From positions 1 through 23,861 of the IMG/VR virus record IMGVR_UViG_2579778956_000004: a stretch of 23,861 bases of DNA; one strand, 5' to 3'. The notes under the pieces were generated by a model that did not search any database, was not told where the DNA came from, and saw nothing but the letters and a program-made list of their open reading frames with translations. This stretch comes from a virus (Duplodnaviria; Heunggongvirae; Uroviricota; Caudoviricetes). The translations under genes and the position numbers were made by a program. Positions 1-5,994 of this stretch are shown here, in pieces (the stretch's first letter is position 1; each line of letters opens with the position of its first letter).

Positions 1-1251
1 GTGCTTACCGATACAAAATTAAAAAACCTCAAGCCGCAGGACAAACTGTACAAGGTCTCCGATCGTGACGGGCTGTATGTAGCTGTGCTTACGTCAGGCA
101 CGGTCTCGTTTCGCTATGACTACCGTATCAACGGTCGCCGCGAAACACTGGTAATCGGGCAGTATGGGCGTGACGGTATCAGCCTGGCAGAAGCGCGAGA
201 AGAACTGATTGCTGCAAAGAAGCTGCTTAAAGCAGGTCAGTCGCCGGCTACGGCTAAACGTGACGGTATCAAAAAGATTCGTGGTGCCGAGACGTTTGCG
301 GTACATACCGACAGTTATATGAAACACGTCATCTTGGCTGACAGTACCCGCGCAATGAAGCAGGCGGTGATCGACCGTGACATACTTCCGGTTCTTGGCA
401 ACAAAATGATGGCTGAAATTACCACATCGATGGTTCGTGATTTGTGTGACCGGATTGTCGAACGCGGTGGTCGGGCAACAGCAGTACAGGCCAGGGAGAT
501 CATCAGCAGCGTATACCGTCACGCCAATGACCGTGGTCATGGTTTGTTTAATCCTGCGGCTGATATTAAGCCTTCATCTATCGCCATATTTAAACCACGA
601 GAGCGAACGCTGACACCAGAAGAAATTGGTCTTTTCTTCCGCACGCTGGATGCCATTGGTGCTATGGGCACTATGAAAATGGCTTTAAAACTGCTGCTTA
701 TCACTATGGTTCGTAAGGGCGAATTCACCAATGCAACGTGGGATGAAATAGATTTTAAAAAATGGACATGGACAATTCCTTCAGACCGCATGAAGGGAAG
801 CCGGGCGCATGTTATTTACCTGCCTAAACAGGCACAGGATATATTGGTCGGGTTGCAGATGTGCGCTGGTGGAAGTGAATATCTGGTTCCTGGTCGTTAC
901 AATTTCCGGAAGCCATTATCTAATGCCGCGCTGAACTCTCTGATCGACAGAACGGTGAAAATAATAAATGAAGATGGTGAGCATATTCAGGATTTTACCG
1001 TACACGATATGCGCCGTACAGCCAGTACGTTGTTGCATGAGGCTGGTTATCCTTCAGACTGGATTGAAAAGGCTCTGGCACATGAGCAGAAAGGTGTGCG
1101 CGCCGTATATAACAAAGCGGAATACGCCAGACAGCGCGCCTACATGTTGCAGCAGTGGGCCGATATGATTGATTCCTGGATTAACGGCGAGCATACGGAT
1201 CTGATTCCGTTCTCCCCGTCGAAGTTTGAGAAGTGGATGGCGGGGGAATAA
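1..1251 (+). CDS. int: Tyrosine recombinase / phage integrase, P4-like family
   Basis: 416-aa ORF starting GTG at position 1. N-terminus MLTDTKLKNLKPQDKLYKVSDRDGLYVAVLTSGTVSFRYDYRINGRRETLVIGQYG matches the arm-binding domain typical of P4-type integrases. C-terminal part has the HDMRRTASTLLHEAGY and RAVYNKAEY region, consistent with the catalytic His-x-x-Arg and Tyr. The true start may lie just outside the window. Confidence 0.88.
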   Translation: MLTDTKLKNLKPQDKLYKVSDRDGLYVAVLTSGTVSFRYDYRINGRRETLVIGQYGRDGISLAEAREELIAAKKLLKAGQSPATAKRDGIKKIRGAETFAVHTDSYMKHVILADSTRAMKQAVIDRDILPVLGNKMMAEITTSMVRDLCDRIVERGGRATAVQAREIISSVYRHANDRGHGLFNPAADIKPSSIAIFKPRERTLTPEEIGLFFRTLDAIGAMGTMKMALKLLLITMVRKGEFTNATWDEIDFKKWTWTIPSDRMKGSRAHVIYLPKQAQDILVGLQMCAGGSEYLVPGRYNFRKPLSNAALNSLIDRTVKIINEDGEHIQDFTVHDMRRTASTLLHEAGYPSDWIEKALAHEQKGVRAVYNKAEYARQRAYMLQQWADMIDSWINGEHTDLIPFSPSKFEKWMAGE

Positions 1252-1254
1252 CGT

Positions 1255-1449
1255 TTAATTATTCTGCTGATTTTCTTCCATCTCGGCTTCTGCTGCCAGT
1301 GATTCAATTTTGTCTGCGAATATTGCTGACAGCGTTGCAAATTCAGCATCAGTGACAGCGGGAATTGGAACAAACCTGATCCCGCTGTGTGCAAGCATGT
1401 TTGCAGTTTCAAGGCATTTCCTTAAATCTGCTGGTGATGCCCGGTTCAT
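1255..1449 (-). CDS. Small hypothetical protein (64 aa), translationally coupled to the methyltransferase
   Basis: ATG at 1449-1447 overlaps the methyltransferase stop in an ATGA arrangement (plus strand 1446-1449 = TCAT). Product MNRASPADLRKCLETANMLAHSGIRFVPIPAV... has an acidic C-terminus. Convergent with int, 3 nt from its stop. No family recognised. Confidence 0.35.
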   Translation of the reverse strand: MNRASPADLRKCLETANMLAHSGIRFVPIPAVTDAEFATLSAIFADKIESLAAEAEMEENQQNN

Positions 1450-2096
1450 GCTGCACGCTCCCGCCCCTGGTTGTCTGTTGGTGACAGCGGAGCATTGCTG
1501 AATGCATTTGTTAATCTGGCAATATCCAACGCGTATCCAGGGTGTAGTTGCACTGCCGGGTCTTCGCACTGATTACCCCAAACATCGAAGCCATGAGACG
1601 ACTGGCGGGCGAACAGTTCAATGCGAGAAACATCGCCTAACAATTGCACAAGTTTTTCACGAACGACATCTGGTTTTCTTGAATGCTCAAGCCGCGGTGC
1701 GGTAAATGACTGAACGATCCCTGCATTAATGCGCGGAGGTAGTTTTCCCTTTACTGCAAACAGGCAATCTTCACTATTGGCGCGAGTCATGTGACCCATA
1801 CCCATAACCAGTTTATCTGGTTGTCGACTACCACATTTTATCCACGTGAATCCCTTCATGGTCATCAGACGGAATCCCCAGGCTTCAACAACTTTTAGTG
1901 CTTCGAGTGGTTGTGTTGGCACCCACCACATGGCCAACAGACAGTTTTCATCGGCCAAATCCCACACAGGAAGGCGGCAGATATCCATCACACTCATAAC
2001 CGGATATTTAAAACCGGCACCGCGATTACCATCTGCGGCTTTGTCCCGGTATACCCAGGGTGGATCTGCATAGATTAGTGTGTATTTCTTAGTCAT
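1446..2096 (-). CDS. MT-A70-family N6-adenine DNA methyltransferase (orphan, phage-type)
   Basis: 216-aa product MTKKYTLIYADPPWVYRDKAADGNRGAGFKYPVMSV... carries the DPPW catalytic motif near the N-terminus, as in MT-A70/Dam-like phage methyltransferases. No adjacent restriction endonuclease gene. Confidence 0.85.
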   Translation of the reverse strand: MTKKYTLIYADPPWVYRDKAADGNRGAGFKYPVMSVMDICRLPVWDLADENCLLAMWWVPTQPLEALKVVEAWGFRLMTMKGFTWIKCGSRQPDKLVMGMGHMTRANSEDCLFAVKGKLPPRINAGIVQSFTAPRLEHSRKPDVVREKLVQLLGDVSRIELFARQSSHGFDVWGNQCEDPAVQLHPGYALDIARLTNAFSNAPLSPTDNQGRERAA

Positions 2097-2388
2097 AAAC
2101 CACCCCGCAACATCCTATACCGCTATAGTCGCCACGGCGAAGGCCGTTACTTTTTGTGATACATTGGTCCCTGCGAACCGCGATCCTTGCACGCTCAACA
2201 TCACCAGAAGCAACATCCATACACTGAAGCCAAAGGTGAGCGGCAATGCGGAACTGCCCTTTTTTCTCTCTTTCAATCGCGCGTTTTTCGATCTCTATCG
2301 CCGCAGGAGTAACGGCGACAATCTTTGACGGACTGCGCATTGAAACCTTGTTCATGTGATATTTTTCAAGTCGGCTTAACTTTCTCAC
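2089..2388 (-). CDS. Hypothetical protein (99 aa)
   Basis: ORF ends 2 nt before the methyltransferase ATG. GTG start at 2388 is preceded by GAGAGGG (SD-like). No family recognised; start uncertain (internal ATG codons exist). Confidence 0.4.
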   Translation of the reverse strand: MRKLSRLEKYHMNKVSMRSPSKIVAVTPAAIEIEKRAIEREKKGQFRIAAHLWLQCMDVASGDVERARIAVRRDQCITKSNGLRRGDYSGIGCCGVVYD

Positions 2389-2497
2389 TTAATCCAACCC
2401 TCTCTGAAAATTAATGCCAGCAGATAAAGCCATGCTGAAACAGAGGCCAGGAATAAGTACCATCCTGACCATTTGCTCCAGTGCCTTAGCAGCACAC

Positions 2498-2746
2498 TCA
2501 TGCTGCGTTGCTCACAGGACGATATACACGTTGCTGAACAGGAGGCTTTTTACCCTGGAACTCTGCCGGGCTTGCTGCCTGACGTTCATCAAGCCAACGC
2601 TCAACTTCATCACGGTTCCATGCGCAGCGTTTATCGGTGATATACCAGCGTTTAGGAAATTCCCCTGCGCGCTCCATACGGTCGATAGTGCTCCATGACA
2701 GTGGCACCACCGCCAGGAGTTCCTTCTTACCTAATGCACCTTTCAT
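2498..2746 (-). CDS. AlpA-family HTH regulator / excisionase-like protein
   Basis: 82-aa product with LLAVVPLSWSTIDRMERAGEFPKRWYITDKRCAWNRDEVERWLDE, the pattern of AlpA/Xis-like prophage DNA-binding proteins. SD GAGAGG precedes the ATG at 2746. Confidence 0.75.
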   Translation of the reverse strand: MKGALGKKELLAVVPLSWSTIDRMERAGEFPKRWYITDKRCAWNRDEVERWLDERQAASPAEFQGKKPPVQQRVYRPVSNAA

Positions 2747-2795
2747 AAATACCTCTCTTGGTTGCAGTGCGGCGCGCGTGGCGCCGCGGTGGTGG

Positions 2796-3239
2796 TTACA
2801 TAGATGTTTCGTTTAATTCTTCCCGACGAACGCTGTAAACGTCGGTGGCTTTTGCCAGCAGTTCGTCATCATCTGAAAGTTTTTGTGCAATGTATTTGTA
2901 AGCCTTATCCAGTTCGGAGACAGTGCTGTAATTCATCGCTGCGCTGGTATCCGCTACATCACGAAGAAATGCTTCTTCGTCAGCTTTACCTTGTTTCGTC
3001 CGACGATCGAACTTCGGTGAAACAATGAAGCGTTTGTCGAATTCTCCAGGCTCCAGAAGCAGACAGTGCAATGCGGTTCCAATATCCAGTGCAGACTTTT
3101 TCTCTTCGTCTTCTGGTGCTGCCTGGACCCATTTAAGAAGCGCCGGATTCTTGGCAACCATGTCCAGTTGCGACTTACTCACGCCGTCACCGGCGTGGTA
3201 GTCTTCGTTGCTGATGTCGAAATAAATTCCCGGTTTCAT
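2796..3239 (-). CDS. RecE-like / PD-(D/E)XK-family nuclease N-terminal domain protein, probably truncated
   Basis: N-terminus MKPGIYFDISNEDYHAGDGVSKSQLDMVAKNPALLKW...GTALHCLLLEPGEF resembles the N-terminal region of exodeoxyribonuclease-VIII-like prophage nucleases. Only 147 aa, whereas this family is usually about twice as long as I recall it. Confidence 0.45.
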   Translation of the reverse strand: MKPGIYFDISNEDYHAGDGVSKSQLDMVAKNPALLKWVQAAPEDEEKKSALDIGTALHCLLLEPGEFDKRFIVSPKFDRRTKQGKADEEAFLRDVADTSAAMNYSTVSELDKAYKYIAQKLSDDDELLAKATDVYSVRREELNETSM

Positions 3240-3535
3240 GCCGCGTCCCTCTGTCCATCAAGCTGATCCGCCAGATCCCAGCGGGCGATAATTGCCATTG
3301 CCTCTCGCCGATAGGCATCCATCAGTTCTTCGAACTCAGGGCTGTCTTTAGCAGCCTCCAGTACTTCCTGACGAACGCCTTTGCCTGTTACAACGTCAAA
3401 AGTTGAGGACAGTTGATGAAGTCGGATGCTCTCAATCAGTTCAACTTGTCGGTCATATAGCTGTTCTGACAGGCGGTAGTCCTTGTCGAATGCCAGCATG
3501 ATTTTTTGAAGATTTTTCTGCTGATTAACGTTCAT
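3236..3535 (-). CDS. Hypothetical early-operon protein (99 aa)
   Basis: ATG at 3535 (MNVNQQKNLQ...) is preceded by GGGAGGG. Its stop overlaps the start of the nuclease-like gene (ATGA at 3236-3239). No family recognised. Confidence 0.45.
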   Translation of the reverse strand: MNVNQQKNLQKIMLAFDKDYRLSEQLYDRQVELIESIRLHQLSSTFDVVTGKGVRQEVLEAAKDSPEFEELMDAYRREAMAIIARWDLADQLDGQRDAA

Positions 3536-3537
3536 TA

Positions 3538-3690
3538 TCAGCCCTCCCATATCTCGTTATCGTTGGCTACATCGCGAGCTTCTTTGCTGACGAAAGCCCA
3601 CTTAATGCCTTCCTGTAAGGTGCGGAACTTCCAGCTCATGAATCCGCATGCAGTAACGCAGTACCAACCGTTGATGATTTTCCACTGCAT
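3538..3690 (-). CDS. Small hypothetical protein (50 aa), first gene of the leftward early operon
   Basis: Not in the ORF track (under 60 aa). ATG at 3690 preceded by GAGG; product MQWKIINGWYCVTACGFMSWKFRTLQEGIKWAFVSKEARDVANDNEIWEG; stop TGA lies 2 nt before the next ATG. Position is analogous to kil/cIII-type small genes of lambdoid pL operons. Confidence 0.3.
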   Translation of the reverse strand: MQWKIINGWYCVTACGFMSWKFRTLQEGIKWAFVSKEARDVANDNEIWEG

Positions 3691-3709
3691 AACTTGTTAC
3701 CTCGGTCTG

Positions 3710-3786
3710 TTACCGTTGAGGTAATAATTATGCGTATCTGGTTTGATGTCAATAGATATGAGTTAAAAAAATTACCCGTTAGGTAA
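3710..3786 (-). promoter_or_regulatory. Putative early-left promoter/operator region (OL-like) with two TTACC-N5-GGTAA palindromes
   Basis: Perfect inverted repeats TTACCGTTGAGGTAA (3710-3724) and TTACCCGTTAGGTAA (3772-3786) lie between the repressor terminator and the first leftward gene. Confidence 0.5.
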
Positions 3787-3796
3787 TCGAATAGGC

Positions 3797-3823
3797 AATA
3801 AAAAAGCCGCCATAAGGCGGCTT
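3797..3823 (-). terminator. Rho-independent terminator downstream of the repressor gene
   Basis: Plus strand AATAAAAAAGCCGCC-ATAA-GGCGGCTT. On the minus strand this is a GCCGCC/GGCGGC stem with a 4-nt loop followed by a U-tract, directly after the repressor stop at 3844. Confidence 0.65.
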
Positions 3824-3843
3824 ACTTACTGAAAAATATGATT

Positions 3844-4428
3844 TTATTGTTTGTTTTTTTCGTTCTGGTTGATGACAAATTCAATGTAACTTTCGATCTT
3901 TGCCTTCTCTGTTTCAGGTAACAATGCGTAGCGCGAGCGGTCATAGTTGATAGTTGCAGGATCATGCGGATGAATCAGTAGTTCATATCCGTGACGCCCG
4001 AATGCAGATGCAACATTCTCCAGGGTGGAAATGGAAACGCTGACCTCATTGTTTAACAGGCGGCTTATTGTCACCTGGGCGACGCCGGATGCGCGGTGAA
4101 GTTTTCCCTGAGTTGAAAGGTCGCGGCTTTCACTCATCCAGCGTTCCAGGTTGTGAGCCGCCAGTTGACCAATGTCGCTTGGTCCGACAGGCTGAAAACC
4201 TTCCTGAGAAAGCGAGCGATCGATATCAAGCCAGTTACGGGGTTTATTGGCGGCAGCTTCAATTTTTCGCGCAACCTGGTCGCCGATAACCTTCTTGCCA
4301 AGAGCCCAGCGGTTTACCAGATTTGCCTGAGTTCCAAGTTTTTCAGCCATCCGCGTCTGAACACCATTGAATTCACGGTCGATCAAGTCGTTGAGATTTT
4401 GCCTGCGGACGTCCTGGATACTTTTCAT
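3844..4428 (-). CDS. Prophage repressor, tandem helix-turn-helix, no S24 peptidase domain
   Basis: 194-aa product with two XRE-like HTH segments (TRMAEKLGTQANLVNRWALGKKVIGDQVARKIE and GKLHRASGVAQVTISRLLNNEVSVSISTLENVASAFG). No Ala-Gly/Ser-Lys autocleavage module is recognisable. Divergent from a Cro-like gene across an operator-rich spacer. Confidence 0.7.
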   Translation of the reverse strand: MKSIQDVRRQNLNDLIDREFNGVQTRMAEKLGTQANLVNRWALGKKVIGDQVARKIEAAANKPRNWLDIDRSLSQEGFQPVGPSDIGQLAAHNLERWMSESRDLSTQGKLHRASGVAQVTISRLLNNEVSVSISTLENVASAFGRHGYELLIHPHDPATINYDRSRYALLPETEKAKIESYIEFVINQNEKNKQ

Positions 4429-4483
4429 TTTCTGGAAAATCGCCTCATATCTGAATCAGAAGATGATTCAATTTAAAGCAATA

Positions 4484-4550
4484 TTACCCAACAGGTAAAT
4501 GCACCTCATGGGTAACTATCCTTGATTTTTGTTACCTTATAGGTGAATAT
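4484..4550. promoter_or_regulatory. Divergent immunity promoter/operator region (OR-like) with three operator-like sites
   Basis: TTACCCAACAGGTAA (4484-4498, perfect), GCACCTCATGGGTAA (4501-4515, half-site degenerate), TTACCTTATAGGTGA (4532-4546, one mismatch). Candidate rightward sigma-70 promoter TTGATT (4522-4527), 17-nt spacer, GAATAT (4545-4550) overlaps the third site. Confidence 0.5.
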
Positions 4551-4582
4551 TTATTATCTGAAATAAATATCAGGCAATAGCT

Positions 4583-4813
4583 ATGAGCGATAACGGACAT
4601 TTCGATTTCAAAAAGCACTGGCTTGCACTTACTCCGGATGAGCGTGAAGCCTTCGCACAGGAAGCCGGAACGACGAGTCACTATATCCAGACTCACTTAA
4701 CAGGTAAGCGCAAAATGCCAGGTAAGGTATTGATGGATGGGCTTTTTAAAGCCTGTAAATCAAGACAATGGCTGCGCTCAAAAGCAGAACTGGCATACTT
4801 CTTCTACTCATGA
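4583..4813 (+). CDS. Cro-like small DNA-binding regulator
   Basis: 76-aa ORF transcribed divergently from the repressor, immediately downstream of the operator cluster. Product MSDNGHFDFKKHWLALTPDEREAFAQEAGTTSHYIQTHLTGKRK... is consistent with Cro/YdaS-like HTH proteins. Confidence 0.55.
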   Translation: MSDNGHFDFKKHWLALTPDEREAFAQEAGTTSHYIQTHLTGKRKMPGKVLMDGLFKACKSRQWLRSKAELAYFFYS

Positions 4814-4835
4814 TATCCAGCCACAACCCTCTGTA

Positions 4836-4858
4836 GACCGCCATCCGGCGGTCTTTTC
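4836..4858 (+). terminator. Rho-independent terminator after the Cro-like gene (tR1-like position)
   Basis: GACCGCC-ATCC-GGCGGTC stem-loop followed by TTTTCAT, 23 nt downstream of the Cro-like stop. Confidence 0.6.
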
Positions 4859-4868
4859 ATATCTATTC

Positions 4869-4883
4869 GTACCTCAAAGGTAA
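4869..4883. promoter_or_regulatory. Operator-like palindrome upstream of the replication operon
   Basis: GTACCTCAAAGGTAA, one mismatch from TTACC-N5-GGTAA. Lies between the terminator and the ATG at 4963 and is preceded by the 11-mer ATCTATTCGTA (4861-4871). Confidence 0.4.
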
Positions 4884-4962
4884 TAAAAACCAAATATGGT
4901 TGATCTTTTTTTTGTGTCAGCACAAAATAACCGTAATCCCAATACTAATAACAGGGCTTACC

Positions 4963-5163
4963 ATGGAAATCATTACACGTATTGATGCCGCAAAGCGCGG
5001 ACTTAAACGCTACTACACCGGAAAAACATGTAAGCACGGACATGACAGTGAACGCTGGGTTTACAACGGACACTGTGTTGAGTGCACCATGGAATCAAAC
5101 CGTCGTATCAGGGCAGAGATTAAGCAGATCATGATTAATTCCTCCCCACAACATTCAAGCTGA
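4963..5163 (+). CDS. Small Cys/His-rich protein (66 aa), possible zinc-ribbon regulator
   Basis: Start chosen at the internal ATG at 4963 (MEIITRIDAAKRGLKRYYTGKTCKHGHDSERWVYNGHCVECT...), preceded by AGGG. The upstream extension in the ORF track would run through the promoter region. Cys-x-His-Gly-His ... His-Cys-x-x-Cys spacing suggests metal binding. Confidence 0.45.
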   Translation: MEIITRIDAAKRGLKRYYTGKTCKHGHDSERWVYNGHCVECTMESNRRIRAEIKQIMINSSPQHSS

Positions 5164-5178
5164 TAGCGGAGATTAATC

Positions 5179-5994
5179 ATGAGCAGACATGCAACAGATT
5201 GGGCCTGGGAGACAGATCCAGGTAGCTCGTCATTAAAGCTCATACTGCTCTCGATGGCTGACAGAGCCGATGAATATAACCTCTGCTACCCCAGCATAGA
5301 ACGCCTCGTTAAAGACACTTGCCTGAATAAAAAAACCGTGCAGGCCGGACTTATATCGCTCATGAAAATGGGGCTTATTTCAGATACCGGGGAGAGAAAG
5401 GGAGCGACAAAAAGAGTGCGGGTTTTCTCTCTTAATATAACCAAAAACGGGAACATTAAAGGCAACCGAGAGGGGGGCAATGAACCCGAAAACGGTAATG
5501 TTACCGAAAACGGGAATATACCCAAAAACGGGATGTTGAATGATCCCAAAAACGGGATGTTGAATGATCCCAAAAACGGGATCCAGAACCAGTCATATAA
5601 CCAGTCATTTAACCAAGAGAGGGAGAGCAGGACAAAAAACGGGGATTCTGTGCATCATGACCCCGGCGCAAACAACGCCGTGATGAATAACTTTGTTCCT
5701 CCTGGTGGGTCAGGGCAATTAGGCAAATTTGTCATGCATGAACAATGGCAGCCATCAGATGACTTTCTTCGGAAAAGCTCATTGCAGGGGATCTACCTGG
5801 ACAGTCTGCCAACGGCACAGGAACTTGCAGAGTTCAGAATTTACTGGATGGCTGAGGGTAAGGCATACCATCAGGCACAGTGGGAGCAGAAGCTGGCAAG
5901 GCGGCTGCAGATTAGCAGACAGAAGCAATCAACATTACCTGATAACAACGTTCCGCACTGGAACAGCCCTGAAGCATGGGAGGATTTCTTGTGA
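5179..5994 (+). CDS. Replication initiator, lambda-O-like (N-terminal HTH, repeat-encoded linker, C-terminal domain)
   Basis: SD GGAG before the ATG at 5179. N-terminal LKLILLSMADRADEYNLCYPSIERLVKDTCLNKKTVQAGLISLMKMGLI is HTH-like. The central region is encoded by the iteron repeats. The stop overlaps the next gene start (GTGA at 5991-5994). Confidence 0.7.
   Translation: MSRHATDWAWETDPGSSSLKLILLSMADRADEYNLCYPSIERLVKDTCLNKKTVQAGLISLMKMGLISDTGERKGATKRVRVFSLNITKNGNIKGNREGGNEPENGNVTENGNIPKNGMLNDPKNGMLNDPKNGIQNQSYNQSFNQERESRTKNGDSVHHDPGANNAVMNNFVPPGGSGQLGKFVMHEQWQPSDDFLRKSSLQGIYLDSLPTAQELAEFRIYWMAEGKAYHQAQWEQKLARRLQISRQKQSTLPDNNVPHWNSPEAWEDFL
5441..5645 (+). repeat. Iteron-like direct repeats inside the initiator gene (candidate origin of replication)
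   Basis: Seven copies of an AAAACGG(G/T)A core at about 5443, 5489, 5506, 5524, 5548, 5572 and 5634, including two perfect tandem 24-bp units CCCAAAAACGGGATGTTGAATGAT (5521-5544, 5545-5568). Followed by AACCAGTCAT x2 (5587-5608) in an AT-richer stretch. Confidence 0.6.

Noticed and set aside
1255-1569. Longer 104-aa version of the small ORF downstream of the methyltransferase
   Set aside because: It would overlap the methyltransferase 3' end by about 120 nt in another frame. The internal ATG at 1449 forms an ATGA overlap with the methyltransferase stop, which is a more plausible coupled start.
2769-2789. GC-rich hairpin GCGGCGC-N5-GCGCCGC between the nuclease-like gene and the AlpA-like gene
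   Set aside because: No U-tract follows on the transcribed (minus) strand, so it is not a convincing intrinsic terminator. It may be a processing or attenuation hairpin, but evidence is insufficient.
5441-5645. Possible CRISPR array because of regularly spaced direct repeats
   Set aside because: Repeats are short (about 9-24 bp), lie inside a coding sequence where they encode a repetitive linker, lack CRISPR-like repeat/spacer lengths, and have no cas genes nearby. Iterons are the better explanation.
5976-5990. ATG at 5976 as start of the P-like ORF
   Set aside because: That ATG lies within the GGGAGGA SD-like sequence that is correctly spaced for the GTG at 5991, which also forms a GTGA overlap with the O-like stop. 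GTG 5991 is preferred, though not certain.
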